In this document: piece after piece, positions 24,265-35,680 of the stretch
Layout of the letters: each line of letters begins with the position of its first letter
How positions within the stretch are numbered: the stretch's first letter is position 1
Origin: a virus
Taxonomy: Duplodnaviria > Heunggongvirae > Uroviricota > Caudoviricetes
DNA: 50,997 nt
Strand: one strand, 5' to 3'
Virus record (IMG/VR): IMGVR_UViG_648276648_000009
Coordinates: 1-50,997 of that record
The notes under the pieces: model-generated
Databases searched by the model: none
Seen by the model: the letters and a program-made list of their open reading frames with translations, nothing else
What the model was told of the DNA's origin: nothing
Translations under genes and position numbers: made by a program

Positions 24265-25817
24265 TTCTGCACCTCGCAGCCTTCAATTTCAGCCACAATC
24301 GCATCAATATCTTTACGCAACTGGTCGATTTTGCTGACCGTGATTTTCAGCTCTGCATTCAACTCAGCGATATCGATAATTTCGCGAGTATCTTTCGCTT
24401 CAACATAGCTGCTCACCGACAGGTTATAGTCATTAGCAACAACGGTCTCAAACGCGACTGATTTCGCCAGATGAGCAACATCTTCCTTGCTGGCAAATAC
24501 CTGCATAATCTGTTCGATATGGGCATCGGTCAGGATATTGTTGTTGGTCTCTTTTTTGAATAGTTCGCTGGCGTCAATAAACTGAACTTTTGTATCTGTT
24601 TTATGTTTAGACAACACCAGAATGTTTACGGCAATGGTGGTGCCAAAGAACAGGTTCGGTGCCAGTGAAATCACGGTTTCGACATAGTTATTATCAACCA
24701 GATACTGACGGATTTTCTGCTCCGCGCCGCCACGGTAAAAAATACCCGGGAAGCAAACAATCGCAGCACGACCTTTGGCAGAAAGATAGTTCAGCGCATG
24801 TAGTACAAAGGCGAAGTCAGCTTTTGATTTGGGGGCCAGAACGCCAGCCGGGGCAAAACGTTCATCGTTAATCAGCGTCGGGTCATCGCTGCCAATCCAT
24901 TTCACCGAATACGGCGGGTTAGAAACGATGGCATCAAACGGTTTTTCATCTCTGAAGTGTGGTTCAGTCAGCGTATTGCCCAGCTTGATATCAAACTTGT
25001 CGTAGTTGATGTTGTGCAAAAACATGTTCATACGCGCCAGGTTATAGGTCGTATGGTTGATTTCCTGACCAAAAAAACCTTCTTCGATGATATGGTCATC
25101 AAACTGTTTTTTAGCCTGCAACAACAGCGAACCGGAGCCTGCTGCCGGGTCGTAGATTTTGTTAACGTGGGTCTGCCCGTGCATAGCCAGTTGTGCAATC
25201 AGCTTAGAGACGTGCTGCGGTGTAAAGAACTCGCCGCCGGACTTACCGGCATTCGCGGCATAGTTAGAAATCAGGAACTCATAGGCGTCACCGAACAGAT
25301 CAATCTGATGTTCGGTGAAGTCACCAAGTTTTAACCCTTCAACCCCTTTCAGAACCGCAGCCAGGCGGGCATTTTTATCTTTAACGGTGTTACCCAGGCG
25401 GTTACTGGTGGTATCGAAATCAGCAAACAAACCTTTGATGTCTGCTTCTGAAGGGTAGCCGTAAGCAGAACTTTCGATAGCAACGAAGATACTGTTTAAA
25501 TCTGCATTCAGTCTGTCATTGGTATTTGCTTTCGCAGCTACGTTGCAGAAAAGCTGGCTTGGGTAGATGAAGTAGCCTTTGGTTTTGATGGCATCGTCTT
25601 TAATGTCATCAGTAATTACGCTGTCATCCAGTGCTGCATAACAGATGCTGTCATCATCGGCTTCCATATAGCTGGAAAAATTTTCGCTGATAAAACGATA
25701 AAAAAGCGCGCCCAGAACGTACTGCTTAAAATCCCATCCATCGACTGAACCCCTGACATCGTTAGCAATTTGCCAGATCTGGCGATGAAGTTCTGCACGT
25801 TGTTGAATACTTGTCAT
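24261..25817 (-). CDS. hsdM: Type I N6-adenine methyltransferase subunit (HsdM)
   Basis: 518 aa; AdoMet motif [10 protein letters not shown] and catalytic NPPY. Confidence 0.92.
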
Positions 25818-26355
25818 TTTCTTCCACTTATTTCAGGCTTAAGTAATTGGCGGTGATTCTACAGCAACTTTGATGCTTTAGCAGTTCGGACATTAGGCAA
25901 CGAATGACCTAATTAGAGCTTTTTGGAAAAGCGGTATTGTCGGTGCGATGATAGCTATGTTTGGGTTCGCGATGGTGCAATACAATGACGGTGAAAAGGT
26001 AAGCATCCAGTCTGATGGCTGGTATGGGCTGGATAGCCTGCAAAAAACCGCAGATAAAGCCTGTCAGCAATATGGAAAGTCTAAAGCCGTATATCAGCAT
26101 AGCGCGAACGCTAATCCACATCTCGCGCCCGGCACGGGCGTTCAGAACACTATTTGGAAATGCGAACCATAACGCAGGTTGGCTTTTTACATCTTGGGCC
26201 GAATACTGATTCCGCGCTAAGTTGTTTGTGCGGAAGTGACACTGTGGAGCTTAGAAATAGTAAATACTGGTGGGCAACAAATTGAGCCTTCACACGCTCA
26301 CCAGCACACACAAAAAATGGTTAAACAGCAAGGGAATTAATATCTCAGCGCGACA

Positions 26356-26493
26356 TTAAATAAGCCAGCGCACGCCTCTGTTTATCACTGACTTGAAAAA
26401 CCATATCAGAACCACGATGAAGACAATCGCCAGCACTTGGCTAAGAACAGGCGCATTTAAAAATGCACTTAGAAACTGAAAAAATACAATCAT
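26356..26493 (-). CDS. 45-aa hydrophobic peptide (MIVFFQFLSAFLNAPVLSQVLAIVFIVVLIWFFKSVINRGVRWLI); candidate small membrane protein
   Basis: GAGGA SD 9 nt upstream on the minus strand; single predicted TM helix. Confidence 0.35.
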   Translation of the reverse strand: MIVFFQFLSAFLNAPVLSQVLAIVFIVVLIWFFKSVINRGVRWLI

Positions 26494-26961
26494 CAGGGTA
26501 ATCCTCGTCAAATGTAAAGCTGTGTGCTCTCACGTTGACGTAGAAACCCAACCTCTATATAGTTGGATTCGGTGAAAGAAAGTCGTTAACGTGAACTTAC
26601 GGCACATGTTTTCGGTATAAAAATCAGGGAACTGTGAATTCCTTGATGTAGTTGGGGCCTGTAATGCAGGCCCTATCTATTAATGTCATGATTACATCTC
26701 AAATTTTCTCCTTATCATTATTATTTAATAAAATTCAATTAATAAAATATCCATTTCCTGTGTGTGCAAACACAGTATGAGGAAAATGGCCTCGTTGCAA
26801 GTGCATAACTTTGTGGATAACTCTGAAGGCGAATTTACATTTCGGCGCACCGCAAGCCAGATAAGCTGTGCGCAAAAAGCAATGGGGTGAGAAAAAAACT
26901 TTGAAGATATTGCGGCGACTAAATAATAGCCGTTATTCAATTATTCTGGATGGGATTTAAT

Positions 26962-27201
26962 ATGAACGAATGGAACATAGCAGCCAAAAGCCAGGAAGAA
27001 AGGAATAAAGTTAACGTTGACCTGGCTGCCAGGGGGGTTGCCTACAAAGAGCGATTGAACATACCTGTCATAGCTGAACAGGTAGCCCGCGAGCAACCAG
27101 AGAATCTGCGCACCTATTTCATGGAACGTCTACGGCACTACCGGCAGTTAAGCCTCCAGTTGCCAAAAGGGAACGATCCGGCATATCAGAAAACAGAATA
27201 G
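26962..27201 (+). CDS. hot: DNA polymerase III theta-subunit homolog (P1 Hot)
   Basis: [32 protein letters not shown] matches HolE theta; ORF track start 26950, internal ATG 26962 aligns better. Confidence 0.85.
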   Translation: MNEWNIAAKSQEERNKVNVDLAARGVAYKERLNIPVIAEQVAREQPENLRTYFMERLRHYRQLSLQLPKGNDPAYQKTE

Positions 27202-27212
27202 TTGTTAGGCTA

Positions 27213-27575
27213 TTACGCAATGCCCGCGCCATTCATAGCGGGTTTTAAGCCATATTCACCGTTGTAGAAATTACTCATGTTCCATTCATTGGGAAGCTCT
27301 TTTCTGTCCAATGTATAGTGGCGTACGATATAACGATCTTCATCTTCTTCGATGGACAGGCGGACATAGCCAATGTGAATTACCGATACGGGCGGCGTCC
27401 GTATTGCATAGATGTCGCGGAGATATACCGGTAGCTCGACAAATGCGTCAGGTGCATCTGTGATGCTCATTTTTTCACAGTATTCATATAACGCATCGTT
27501 GATATCGTTAAGAGATTCATGATCGTATATTTCCAGGTAATTACCGCGATCGCGATGGTACTCGATTTTAGCCAT
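27213..27575 (-). CDS. Hypothetical protein, 120 aa
   Basis: ORF directly abutting the upstream 194-aa gene (TGA then ATG). Confidence 0.55.
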   Translation of the reverse strand: MAKIEYHRDRGNYLEIYDHESLNDINDALYEYCEKMSITDAPDAFVELPVYLRDIYAIRTPPVSVIHIGYVRLSIEEDEDRYIVRHYTLDRKELPNEWNMSNFYNGEYGLKPAMNGAGIA

Positions 27576-28160
27576 TCAAAATCCCCTGTTATCGTTTTGC
27601 ATTTCTCTAATCCGGTTCAGAACTACTTCATGCTGGGCTTGGATAGCGGCTTTTTCGTTTTCAAGTCGGGCAATAGACATCTCTAATTCTTTGCTGTACC
27701 AGGCGAGTTGGGCCAGGTTCATCCGGTTGTGGTCGAGAGTTGGAGACACTTCGACGCGATCCCTTTCTTCCTGCTTTAATGAGAAGAGATTCATCTCATC
27801 CCTAGAGGAAAATTCAGCAACAATTTCTTGTTGATGATCCGGTCGCTGCGGCATCCTCGCCAGTATAAATGGCGGTTCTTTTGAAAACATGAATGTCGGT
27901 TCATAACGTGTTTTTACCCAGCTTGCCTGCTGTCTTTCGGCAAGTTCACAGGCTTCATCATAGTTATTTGCCAAACCAAGCACGGATGGACGGTCCCACG
28001 CCCCACCATTCAGACAATAAACTACAATTTTCCCGTCAGGTTGTGTAACCCCATATGGATGGTCCCACCAGGCGTCCAACTGAGCTTTAGAGCGTTTCTC
28101 GTTAGGAGTGCAGTCAAAATTTTTGGGCAATACAGGATCGAGAGGAATGCGGGCAGGCAT
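27576..28160 (-). CDS. Hypothetical protein, 194 aa, divergent from humD
   Basis: ORF; shares an intergenic region containing a LexA box with humD. Confidence 0.55.
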   Translation of the reverse strand: MPARIPLDPVLPKNFDCTPNEKRSKAQLDAWWDHPYGVTQPDGKIVVYCLNGGAWDRPSVLGLANNYDEACELAERQQASWVKTRYEPTFMFSKEPPFILARMPQRPDHQQEIVAEFSSRDEMNLFSLKQEERDRVEVSPTLDHNRMNLAQLAWYSKELEMSIARLENEKAAIQAQHEVVLNRIREMQNDNRGF

Positions 28161-28295
28161 AGCTAATTCCTTATTAACTGATTGGCAACGAGGTTACGCT
28201 GATCCGTTGGTGATGAATAGTAGCAAAGCGCACAAAATCATCTGCGGTGGTTGATGTACATAACGCGTTTGCACCAAAGGTGTCTCTTTAATGTA

Positions 28296-28315
28296 TACTG
28301 TATAAATGAACAGTA
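28296..28315. promoter_or_regulatory. LexA (SOS) box TACTGTATAAATGAACAGTA
   Basis: CTGT-N8-ACAG palindrome 20 bp upstream of the humD start. Confidence 0.8.
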
Positions 28316-28334
28316 TTATTGAGGTGAAAACGCT

Positions 28335-28724
28335 ATGGGCTTCCCTTCTCCTGCGGCGGATTATGTTGAAAGCAGAATTTCTCTTGATCAGCAACTAATC
28401 AGGCATCCATCAGCGACCTACTTCATGCGGGCGGCAGACAGCCATCACCGCGAGGGAATATTGCAGGGTGCTTTGCTGGTGGTTGATTCTTCGCTTACTC
28501 CAGTTGATGGTTCGCTGCTTGTGTGCGCTATGGAGGGTGAATATCGCATAAAGAGATACCGAAAGTATCCGCGCCAGCACCTGGAGGATTTAAGCACCGG
28601 GAAGAAAGAGGCGTTACCAGTAGATGACGATGGTTACACGGGCAGTAATGCTGTTTTTGGTGTGATCACTCATGTCATCAATGATGCCCGAAGTGGGGAA
28701 TTTGATGATTGTCCGGTTATTTAA
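28335..28724 (+). CDS. humD: UmuD'-like S24 peptidase-family protein (P1 HumD)
   Basis: 129 aa with LexA/UmuD-type C-terminal domain; SOS box upstream. Confidence 0.85.
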   Translation: MGFPSPAADYVESRISLDQQLIRHPSATYFMRAADSHHREGILQGALLVVDSSLTPVDGSLLVCAMEGEYRIKRYRKYPRQHLEDLSTGKKEALPVDDDGYTGSNAVFGVITHVINDARSGEFDDCPVI

Positions 28725-28796
28725 GCTGCAAAGTGCTGGTGCTTTATGCCTGTGAAGTTTATAATTGTGTACACATAACGAGTACACGAGGTGTTT

Positions 28797-29018
28797 ATGC
28801 AATCCATTAACTTCCGTACCGCGCGCGGCAACCTTTCTGAAGTGCTCAACAATGTTGAAGCCGGGGAAGAGGTTGAAATCACCCGCAGAGGCCGTGAGCC
28901 AGCAGTAATTGTCAGCAAGGCTACTTTTGAAGCCTACAAAAAAGCGGCGCTGGATGCTGAATTTGCATCCCTGTTTGACACCCTGGACTCCACCAACAAG
29001 GAACTGGTTAACCGATAA
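28797..29018 (+). CDS. phd: Phd antitoxin
   Basis: [73 protein letters not shown], 73 aa from internal ATG. Confidence 0.95.
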   Translation: MQSINFRTARGNLSEVLNNVEAGEEVEITRRGREPAVIVSKATFEAYKKAALDAEFASLFDTLDSTNKELVNR

Positions 29019-29398
29019 TGAGGCATATATCACCGGAAGAACTTATTGCGCTTCATGATGCGAATATAAACCGCTACGGCGGCCTGCCGGGAATGTCAGA
29101 TCCGGGTAGGGCAGAGGCCATTATCGGGAGAGTTCAGGCCAGAGTTGCCTACGAAGATATCACCGACCTTTTCGAAGTCTCCGCCACCTACCTGGTGGCT
29201 ACTGCGAGAGGGCATATATTCAATGATGCCAATAAGCGTACCGCGCTAAACAGTGCGCTGCTATTTCTACGCCGTAACGGGGTGCAGGTATTTGATTCAC
29301 CAGAACTGGCAGACCTTACCGTAGGGGCTGCGACCGGAGAGATATCTGTATCTTCTGTCGCCGACACGTTACGTAGATTGTATGGTTCTGCGGAGTAG
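29018..29398 (+). CDS. doc: Doc toxin (Fic-fold kinase)
   Basis: 126 aa; ATG overlaps phd stop (TAATG); [11 protein letters not shown] Fic-like motif. Confidence 0.95.
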   Translation: MRHISPEELIALHDANINRYGGLPGMSDPGRAEAIIGRVQARVAYEDITDLFEVSATYLVATARGHIFNDANKRTALNSALLFLRRNGVQVFDSPELADLTVGAATGEISVSSVADTLRRLYGSAE

Positions 29399-29582
29399 AT
29401 TAATGGCACGTAAATACAACAAATTGTCCCGTGAAGCGTTAAAGATGCTTCTTGATGGCGTGAGTCGCCGCGAGGTAAAGCAATACCTGGTTGGTAAGCA
29501 AATTGGTGCCAGGACAGCTATTGCTGTGTTATGCCGTCAGGAAATGGTTGTGCTTAAACAGAGAATGCCGGGCAGCAGATAA
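29382..29582 (+). CDS. Small post-doc ORF (pdcA-like)
   Basis: 66-aa ORF overlapping the doc 3' end. Confidence 0.45.
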   Translation: MVLRSRLMARKYNKLSREALKMLLDGVSRREVKQYLVGKQIGARTAIAVLCRQEMVVLKQRMPGSR

Positions 29583-29609
29583 AGCCCAATCAGTGATTAA
29601 AGGTGTGAT

Positions 29610-30653
29610 GTGAAAGCCGTAATTACTCCCTTTGTACAGAAAGAGCTTGGCCTCGCCACGTTCAAAGTGGATCAGGAGGTCAGAAAGCTGGTGGAGGCTG
29701 GCCGTAAATTTATTATGGAGCCGGTGCCGCGTGAGTTAATCGAGCACATGGACGACGGCCTCGTTGTTTCCGAGCAAACTATGGCAACAAATGAGGCGTT
29801 GCAGCCGTTTTTTAACAGCGATGAACTGTTTCGCCGTATTGGTGGAATTGACGCGCTGGTGGCGTGGTTGCGTAGGAAAGAGGGTCAATGCCAGGCCGCA
29901 GATCGTAGTTGGTGTGACAACCATATTGTCCACGCTGAACGAGACAATAGCGCGGTGTTGTTGTGCTGGCATCACGATAACCATTATCGGATGCGTGGTT
30001 TTAATGAGCTGAAAGAAACGCTGCACAATAATCGCGTTAACTGGATACTGGATGTCGCCCGTCAGGAAATGGGCCTTTCAAATAGCCATGATTTAAGTAT
30101 TCAGGAGCTGTGCTGGTGGGCTTTCATGCGCAACATGATGCACCTGATGCCGGAAGAAGTCTGCCGCATATCAATAAATAAGATGAAGGCTACTCCGCAG
30201 GATAGCGGACCTCTGAAAGAGGCGGATATTCGCCCGTATGACGATCGCGCTACAGCATATGTTCAGATGATGGAAGAACGCGCCGCGCCGATGCGTGCAA
30301 AAGTATGCCCTGTGGATGTTGACTCCGACCCAGGTATGGCGCATTTCAAGATACCAAAACTTCAATCGCTAAAATTGCCCGAGTACATGGACTTTGTGGC
30401 TTCCCGTCCATGCTGTGGCTGTGGAGCTGCGGGAGCTGGCGCTCACATTACGCCTTATATCGTTCGTCATAGTCGATTATGCGCGCATGACATTTATGCT
30501 ATTCCTCTGTGCCAGTCATGCCAGCGTGATATTGAGCGTGACCGCGATAATTGGGAGAAGACGCACGGTAGGCTGGCGATGCATCAACGATTGTTCTTTG
30601 ATTACGCGCTTGGAGTCGGCGCTATCACAAGTCATTCGTCGAGTGTTAGATAA
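29610..30653 (+). CDS. Hypothetical Cys-rich protein (pdcB-like)
   Basis: 347 aa; C-terminal CCGCG...CAHD...CQSCQ cysteine cluster. Confidence 0.7.
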   Translation: MKAVITPFVQKELGLATFKVDQEVRKLVEAGRKFIMEPVPRELIEHMDDGLVVSEQTMATNEALQPFFNSDELFRRIGGIDALVAWLRRKEGQCQAADRSWCDNHIVHAERDNSAVLLCWHHDNHYRMRGFNELKETLHNNRVNWILDVARQEMGLSNSHDLSIQELCWWAFMRNMMHLMPEEVCRISINKMKATPQDSGPLKEADIRPYDDRATAYVQMMEERAAPMRAKVCPVDVDSDPGMAHFKIPKLQSLKLPEYMDFVASRPCCGCGAAGAGAHITPYIVRHSRLCAHDIYAIPLCQSCQRDIERDRDNWEKTHGRLAMHQRLFFDYALGVGAITSHSSSVR

Positions 30654-30654
30654 A

Positions 30655-30671
30655 ATTGCTCTAATGTATTG
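30655..30671 (+). promoter_or_regulatory. C1 operator (ATTGCTCTAATGTATTG) directly after the pdcB stop
   Basis: 14/17 match. Confidence 0.5.
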
Positions 30672-30741
30672 CTATTTCTTTAATCTAGGGTATTATATTC
30701 GACGTTGATTAGTTGACATGGGCTAATCAGTAGGTGACAGG

Positions 30742-31194
30742 ATGTTACTTAACTGGCAGGGACGCCACTTCATGGAAATAAATCACTCACGAATAACATC
30801 GTACGAGATTGCGGATTACATGATCCGCACTAAATCTCTTCTATCAGCGAAAGAACTCGCAGCAATTCTTGAAAAGGAATACCCGCATCTGGATGTCGAT
30901 AAGCGCGATGTTTATCTGCGCTTAAAGGCTATCGCTGTGTCTAAGTATTCGTCTGTTTTGATTGATGACAGTACACGCCCACGTAGATTTCAGATCCACT
31001 CTCTGAATCCTGAATTCTTTCGCCGCAGTCGCGCTCCGCGCCGGTTTGATGAAAAACTCCAGAACGAACTCTATATGACGCAGGACGAAAAGGAACGCCG
31101 GGAGCACCAGCCTTGGGTAATGGCGCGTCAACTTTTCAATAAGGTGGTCCGTCAGCACCGTCATTACGGTAATGCCACATCCGCACGTATCTGA
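30742..31194 (+). CDS. lpa: Late promoter activator (P1 Lpa/gp10-like)
   Basis: 150-aa ORF immediately upstream of pacA, as in P1. Confidence 0.7.
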   Translation: MLLNWQGRHFMEINHSRITSYEIADYMIRTKSLLSAKELAAILEKEYPHLDVDKRDVYLRLKAIAVSKYSSVLIDDSTRPRRFQIHSLNPEFFRRSRAPRRFDEKLQNELYMTQDEKERREHQPWVMARQLFNKVVRQHRHYGNATSARI

Positions 31195-31280
31195 TTGATT
31201 GCTTGCCCGTTCCGGGCCTTTTGACATGTGACTTTCGTTACCCTCGCGTCAAAAAGAGTTTTATACGAAAGGAAGCATAA

Positions 31281-32474
31281 GTGACCTGGGACGATCACAA
31301 GAAGAATTTTGCTCGCCTGGCGCGAGATGGTGGTTACACCATCGCACAATATGCCGCCGAGTTTAATCTCAACCCAAACACCGCACGTCGTTATCTCCGT
31401 GCATTCAAAGAAGACACCGGAACAGCGGACAGCCGTAAGCCAAATAAGCCTGTCAGGAAACCACTAAAAAGCATGATCATTGATCACGCTAATGATCAAC
31501 GTGCAGGTGATCACGTTGTGGCTGAAATGGCTGAAAAACAAAGAGTTAATGCTGTTGTCAGTGCCGCAGTCGAGAACGCTAAGCGCCAAAATAAGCGCAT
31601 AAATGATCGTTCTGATGATCATGACGTGATCACCCGCGCCCACCGTACCTTACGTGATCGCCTGGAACGCGACACCCTGGATGATGATGGTGAACGCTTT
31701 GAATTCGAAGCTGGCGATTACCTGATAGATAACGTTGAAGCGCGGAAGGCCGCGCGCGCTATGTTGCGTCGGTCCGGGGCCGATGTTCTGGAAACCACAC
31801 TTCTGGAAAAGTCTCTTTCTCATCTCCTTATGCTGGAGAACGCCAGGGATACGTGTATTCGCCTGGTGCAGGAAATGCGCGATCAGCAAAAAGACGATGA
31901 TGAAGGTACTCCGCCTGAATACCGTATCGCGAGCATGCTAAACAGCTGTTCCGCGCAGATAAGCAGCCTGATCAACACCATTTACAGCATCCGGAATAAC
32001 TATCGAAAAGAAAGCCGGGAGGCGGAAAAGCACGCTTTGTCTATGGGGCAAGCTGGCATTGTTAAGCTGGCATACGAACGAAAGCGTGAAAATAACTGGT
32101 CAGTGCTGGAAGCAGCTGAATTCATCGAGGCGCATGGCGGGAAAGTGCCGCCCCTGATGCTGGAGCAAATCAAAGCCGATCTGCGTGCTCCTAAGACAAA
32201 TACCGATGATGAGGAAAGGCAAACTGCCGTCGGTGGCCCTTCTCTTGAAGATCTGGACAAAGTTGCGCGAGAACGGGCCGCCAACCGCCGCGCCGATGCT
32301 GCATTGTGGATTGAGCAACGTAGGGAAGAAATCGCCGATATCGTTGATACAGGCGGTTATGGAGATGTTGATACTGAAGGTGTATCAAACGAACCATGGC
32401 TGGAACAAGACCTGGACGAAGACGAGGAGGAAGACGAAGAAGTTACCCGCAAGCTATACGGGGATGATGATTAA
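31281..32474 (+). CDS. pacA: Terminase/pacase small subunit PacA
   Basis: 397 aa, GTG start; contains the pac hexamer cluster; acidic C-terminus. Confidence 0.92.
   Translation: MTWDDHKKNFARLARDGGYTIAQYAAEFNLNPNTARRYLRAFKEDTGTADSRKPNKPVRKPLKSMIIDHANDQRAGDHVVAEMAEKQRVNAVVSAAVENAKRQNKRINDRSDDHDVITRAHRTLRDRLERDTLDDDGERFEFEAGDYLIDNVEARKAARAMLRRSGADVLETTLLEKSLSHLLMLENARDTCIRLVQEMRDQQKDDDEGTPPEYRIASMLNSCSAQISSLINTIYSIRNNYRKESREAEKHALSMGQAGIVKLAYERKRENNWSVLEAAEFIEAHGGKVPPLMLEQIKADLRAPKTNTDDEERQTAVGGPSLEDLDKVARERAANRRADAALWIEQRREEIADIVDTGGYGDVDTEGVSNEPWLEQDLDEDEEEDEEVTRKLYGDDD
31474..31632 (+). promoter_or_regulatory. P1 pac site: two clusters of TGATCA/G hexamers (4 left, 3 right) carrying Dam GATC sites, inside pacA
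   Basis: Hexamers at 31474, 31481, 31493, 31508 and 31604, 31616, 31627. Confidence 0.85.
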
Positions 32475-33958
32475 TGGCCAGAAGTTGCGTAACGGATCCA
32501 CGTTGGCGCGAGCTGGTGGCGCTATATCGTTATGACTGGATTGCTGCCGCTGATGTTTTGTTCGGCAAAACACCTACCTGGCAGCAGGATCTGATTATTG
32601 AGTCTGTGCAGGAACAGGGTAGCAAGACATCTGTTTCGTCTGGTCACGGTACCGGGAAATCAGACATGACTTCTATCATGATCATGTTGTTCATAATCAT
32701 GTATCCCGGTGCCCGCGCCATTATCGTTGCGAACAAAATTCAGCAGGTAATGACCGGTATATTCAAGTACATCAAGATAAACTGGGCTACTGCCACCAGC
32801 CGTTTTCCATGGCTTGCTGATTATTTTGTTCTGACAGAAACCGCTTTCTATGAGGTTACTGGTAAAGGTGTATGGACTGTAGTACCGAAGGGCTTTCGTC
32901 TGGGAAGTGAAGAAGCTCTCGCCGGTGAACACGCAGATCATCTTCTGTATATTATCGATGAAGCCTCCGGTGTCAGTGATAGAGCTTTCGGTATCATCAC
33001 CGGTGCTCTTACCGGACAGGATAACCGCATCTTATTACTGTCACAGCCTACACGCCCAAGCGGCTATTTCTACGATACTCACCATAAACTGGCCAAGCGT
33101 CCTGGTAACCCTGATGGCGTTTATACGGCGATCACGCTTAACAGTGAGGAATCACCGCTGGTAACGCCAGCATTTATCAAAATGAAGCTGGCGGAGTACG
33201 GCGGGCGTGATAACCCTATGTACATGATTAAGGTACGCGGACTATTCCCTAAATCACAGGATGGCTTCCTTCTTGGACGTGATGAGGTTGAACGTGCGAC
33301 GCGGCGGAAAGTCAAGATTGCCAAAGGATGGGGCTGGCTTGCATGTGTGGACGTTGCTGGTGGTACGGGACGGGATAAGTCCGTTATCAATATCATGATG
33401 GTGTCCGGCCAGAGAAATAAACGCCGTGTAATCAACTATCGAATGCTGGAATACACAGACGTTACAGAAACGCAGCTTGCCGCCAAAATTTTCGCAGAAT
33501 GTAATCCTGAGCGATTCCCAAATATCACCATAGCGATAGACGGCGATGGGCTGGGTAAAGCAACAGCGGATCTGATGTACGAGTATTATGGTATTACCGT
33601 ACAGCGTATACGCTGGGGTAAAAAGATGCATAGCCGTGAAGATAAGAGCCTGTACTTTGATAAACGTGCTTATGCCAATGTTCAAGCCGCAGAGGCCGTA
33701 AAATCTGGTCGTATGAGACTGGATAAGGGTAATGAAACTATTGAGGAAGCGTCGAAAATCCCTGTAGGGATTAACTCCGCAGGTCAATGGAAGGTGATGA
33801 GTAAGGAGGATATGAAGAAAAAACTCAACCTGCACTCACCAGACCATTGGGATACATATTGTTTCGCTATGCTGGCGGATTATGTTCCCCAGGATGAAGT
33901 GCTTAGCGTCGAAGACGAAGCGCAGGTTGATGAAGCTCTGGCATGGCTTAATGAATGA
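32474..33958 (+). CDS. pacB: Terminase large subunit PacB
   Basis: 494 aa; ATPase motif SSGHGTGKS; TAATG coupling to pacA. Confidence 0.92.
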   Translation: MARSCVTDPRWRELVALYRYDWIAAADVLFGKTPTWQQDLIIESVQEQGSKTSVSSGHGTGKSDMTSIMIMLFIIMYPGARAIIVANKIQQVMTGIFKYIKINWATATSRFPWLADYFVLTETAFYEVTGKGVWTVVPKGFRLGSEEALAGEHADHLLYIIDEASGVSDRAFGIITGALTGQDNRILLLSQPTRPSGYFYDTHHKLAKRPGNPDGVYTAITLNSEESPLVTPAFIKMKLAEYGGRDNPMYMIKVRGLFPKSQDGFLLGRDEVERATRRKVKIAKGWGWLACVDVAGGTGRDKSVINIMMVSGQRNKRRVINYRMLEYTDVTETQLAAKIFAECNPERFPNITIAIDGDGLGKATADLMYEYYGITVQRIRWGKKMHSREDKSLYFDKRAYANVQAAEAVKSGRMRLDKGNETIEEASKIPVGINSAGQWKVMSKEDMKKKLNLHSPDHWDTYCFAMLADYVPQDEVLSVEDEAQVDEALAWLNE

Positions 33959-33961
33959 ACA

Positions 33962-33978
33962 TTTGCTCTAATGAATTG
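33962..33978 (+). promoter_or_regulatory. C1 operator (TTTGCTCTAATGAATTG) with downstream -10-like TAACTA
   Basis: Core GCTCTAAT conserved; directly after the pacB stop. Confidence 0.5.
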
Positions 33979-34110
33979 TGTTTTTTAACTACCGATGTTA
34001 CATTGAACCTGACCTCTTGCGCCTTGAGGCATTTTCGGTTTATGCTTATCAGGCACCTCATTAAAACGGGTGCCGGGATTGAGACCCCGGATAATGCAAA
34101 AGGCGACACA

Positions 34111-34132
34111 GACGCCAAAAGCGTCTTTTTTT
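34111..34132 (+). terminator. Rho-independent terminator (GACGC-CAAAA-GCGTC then T7)
   Basis: Read directly. Confidence 0.6.
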
Positions 34133-34139
34133 GTGTCAT

Positions 34140-34300
34140 GCCATCGCACAGCCATACGTAGCGTTTAGCTCAGAGATCAATGGTAGTGCTGGCTGGGCTG
34201 CCGAAAGGCAGGCCGGTTCCCTTTTGCGCCGGTAGTCTCAACCCAGTCAGTGCTACCGCCATTGAGATTGAGACCTCACGCGGTAGCTCCTTAAATTAGC
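34140..34300 (+). ncRNA. Structured leader of immI-like module 1; candidate c4-type antisense RNA region
   Basis: Complementary segments CAATGGTAGTGCTGGCTGGG and CCCAGTCAGTGCTACCGCCATTG plus nested hairpins upstream of the icd-like RBS; exact RNA ends not determinable. Confidence 0.35.
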
Positions 34301-34317
34301 AAAAGGAGGCTGCCATT

Positions 34318-34539
34318 GTGGCTACTATCCCTACCCCTGCTCATCCTGAATTTATCTGGCGCTTTTACTCCTGCCAAAAACGTCACTATCACTTCGTTAT
34401 TGCACCGACAGAAGATGAGGCACGTTCTCAGCTTCCTGACGCCCCATGTATTTTCTCTGCCCGTTTTTCCACTGATTCACGCAATTCTCTCAGTTACTGG
34501 TGCCTCCCTGTTAACGCTTCTGCTCAGGAGGGACTATGA
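34318..34539 (+). CDS. icd: Icd-like 73-aa protein, copy 1
   Basis: GTG start after AAAAGGAGG; overlaps the antirepressor start (ATGA); substitutions between the two copies are almost all synonymous in this frame. Confidence 0.65.
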   Translation: MATIPTPAHPEFIWRFYSCQKRHYHFVIAPTEDEARSQLPDAPCIFSARFSTDSRNSLSYWCLPVNASAQEGL

Positions 34540-35648
34540 GAACATCGTTAGTTACCCGTGAAGAGATGATCGAGGCAATTGAACAGCACACTGCCTGTAT
34601 CAGTACCAGGGATATACCTGGCGTTATTGCCAACTACTTCATGATCACCAAACAACTTTACCGGAGAAAGGACAAACACGCAGTTCACCGCATTCTGCTA
34701 ACCGATATCCGTGAATACCTGCTCGAACAGGGTCATCTAAATTACGCAACCGTCGCAGCCGAAGCACGCAAGGAGGCACACAGAATGAAAGCAACTAACG
34801 TTAAATCAGAAAAAATTTATGCACCTTCAGTTCAGGAATCGGAACTGGTGGTTGTTCAGAATCAGCCGGATGAAATTCCCGTTCTGGAATGGCAGGGAGT
34901 ACGTGTCGTGACAACCGAAACTCTTGCTAGAGGGTATGGGGTCGATGAAGCCAATATTCGCAACAATTTGTCTCGCAACCTTGACCGCTTTGAAGAAGGT
35001 AAGCATTACTTTCTTCTAACTGGTTTAAAATTAAGAGAATTTAAGAACAGAGTAACCGGAAGTTACTCTGTTGGTAAGAACGCCAGAAGCCTTACACTCT
35101 GGACAGAGCGCGGCGCTGCACGCATGTCTAAGATCGTGGACACAAATGAAGCATGGGCATTCTTTGAAAAACTGGAAGACAGCTACTTCCGGCAAAAAGA
35201 ACAGCAACCGGTTGCAATCCCCCAAACATTACCAGAAGCCCTACGCCTGGCTGCCGAACTGGCTGAACAAAAGCAGCTTCTGGAACAGAAAGCCCACCAG
35301 CTAAATCAGCAGCTGGTGGCCGCCGCTCCTAAGGTCGATTTTGCCGACCGGGTATCAGTAGCTAAAGGGATCCTGATTGGGAATTTTGCAAAGGTTGTTG
35401 GACTTAAGCAAAATGCGCTGTTTGCCTGGTTACGGGAGAACGGCATCCTGATAGCGTCCGGTGGACGTAAAAATGTGCCGTTCCAGCAGTACATCAACGC
35501 GGGGTATTTCACGGTGAAAGAAGTGGTGCTGGATGATGAAGATGGCTACCAGATACGGTTGACGCCTCAATTAACGGGTAAAGGCCAGCAGTGGTTGACG
35601 CGTAAACTGCTCGATGCTGGCTTGTTAAAACCGGTGGCGGCTGAATAA
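34536..35648 (+). CDS. ant: Phage antirepressor (AntA-like N-terminal domain, ANT/KilAC C-terminal domain), copy 1
   Basis: 370 aa; translationally coupled to the icd-like ORF. Confidence 0.85.
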   Translation: MRTSLVTREEMIEAIEQHTACISTRDIPGVIANYFMITKQLYRRKDKHAVHRILLTDIREYLLEQGHLNYATVAAEARKEAHRMKATNVKSEKIYAPSVQESELVVVQNQPDEIPVLEWQGVRVVTTETLARGYGVDEANIRNNLSRNLDRFEEGKHYFLLTGLKLREFKNRVTGSYSVGKNARSLTLWTERGAARMSKIVDTNEAWAFFEKLEDSYFRQKEQQPVAIPQTLPEALRLAAELAEQKQLLEQKAHQLNQQLVAAAPKVDFADRVSVAKGILIGNFAKVVGLKQNALFAWLRENGILIASGGRKNVPFQQYINAGYFTVKEVVLDDEDGYQIRLTPQLTGKGQQWLTRKLLDAGLLKPVAAE

Positions 35649-35680
35649 TGGAAGAATGCCCGGTTGATGCCGGGCATAAT

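Noticed and set aside
25909-26172. Overlapping 70-aa and 74-aa ORFs on opposite strands upstream of hsdM
   Set aside because: Mutually exclusive, weak SDs, no domain signal; could not decide which, if either, is real.
26810-26820. DnaA-box-like TTGTGGATAAC upstream of hot
   Set aside because: A single 9-mer match without clustered boxes or an AT-rich unwinding element; likely chance.
34316-34561. Alternative-frame 81-aa hydrophobic ORF overlapping the icd-like gene (and its twin at 41507-41743)
   Set aside because: Nucleotide differences between the two copies are almost all synonymous in the 73-aa frame but cause ~10 substitutions in this frame, so selection acts on the 73-aa frame.
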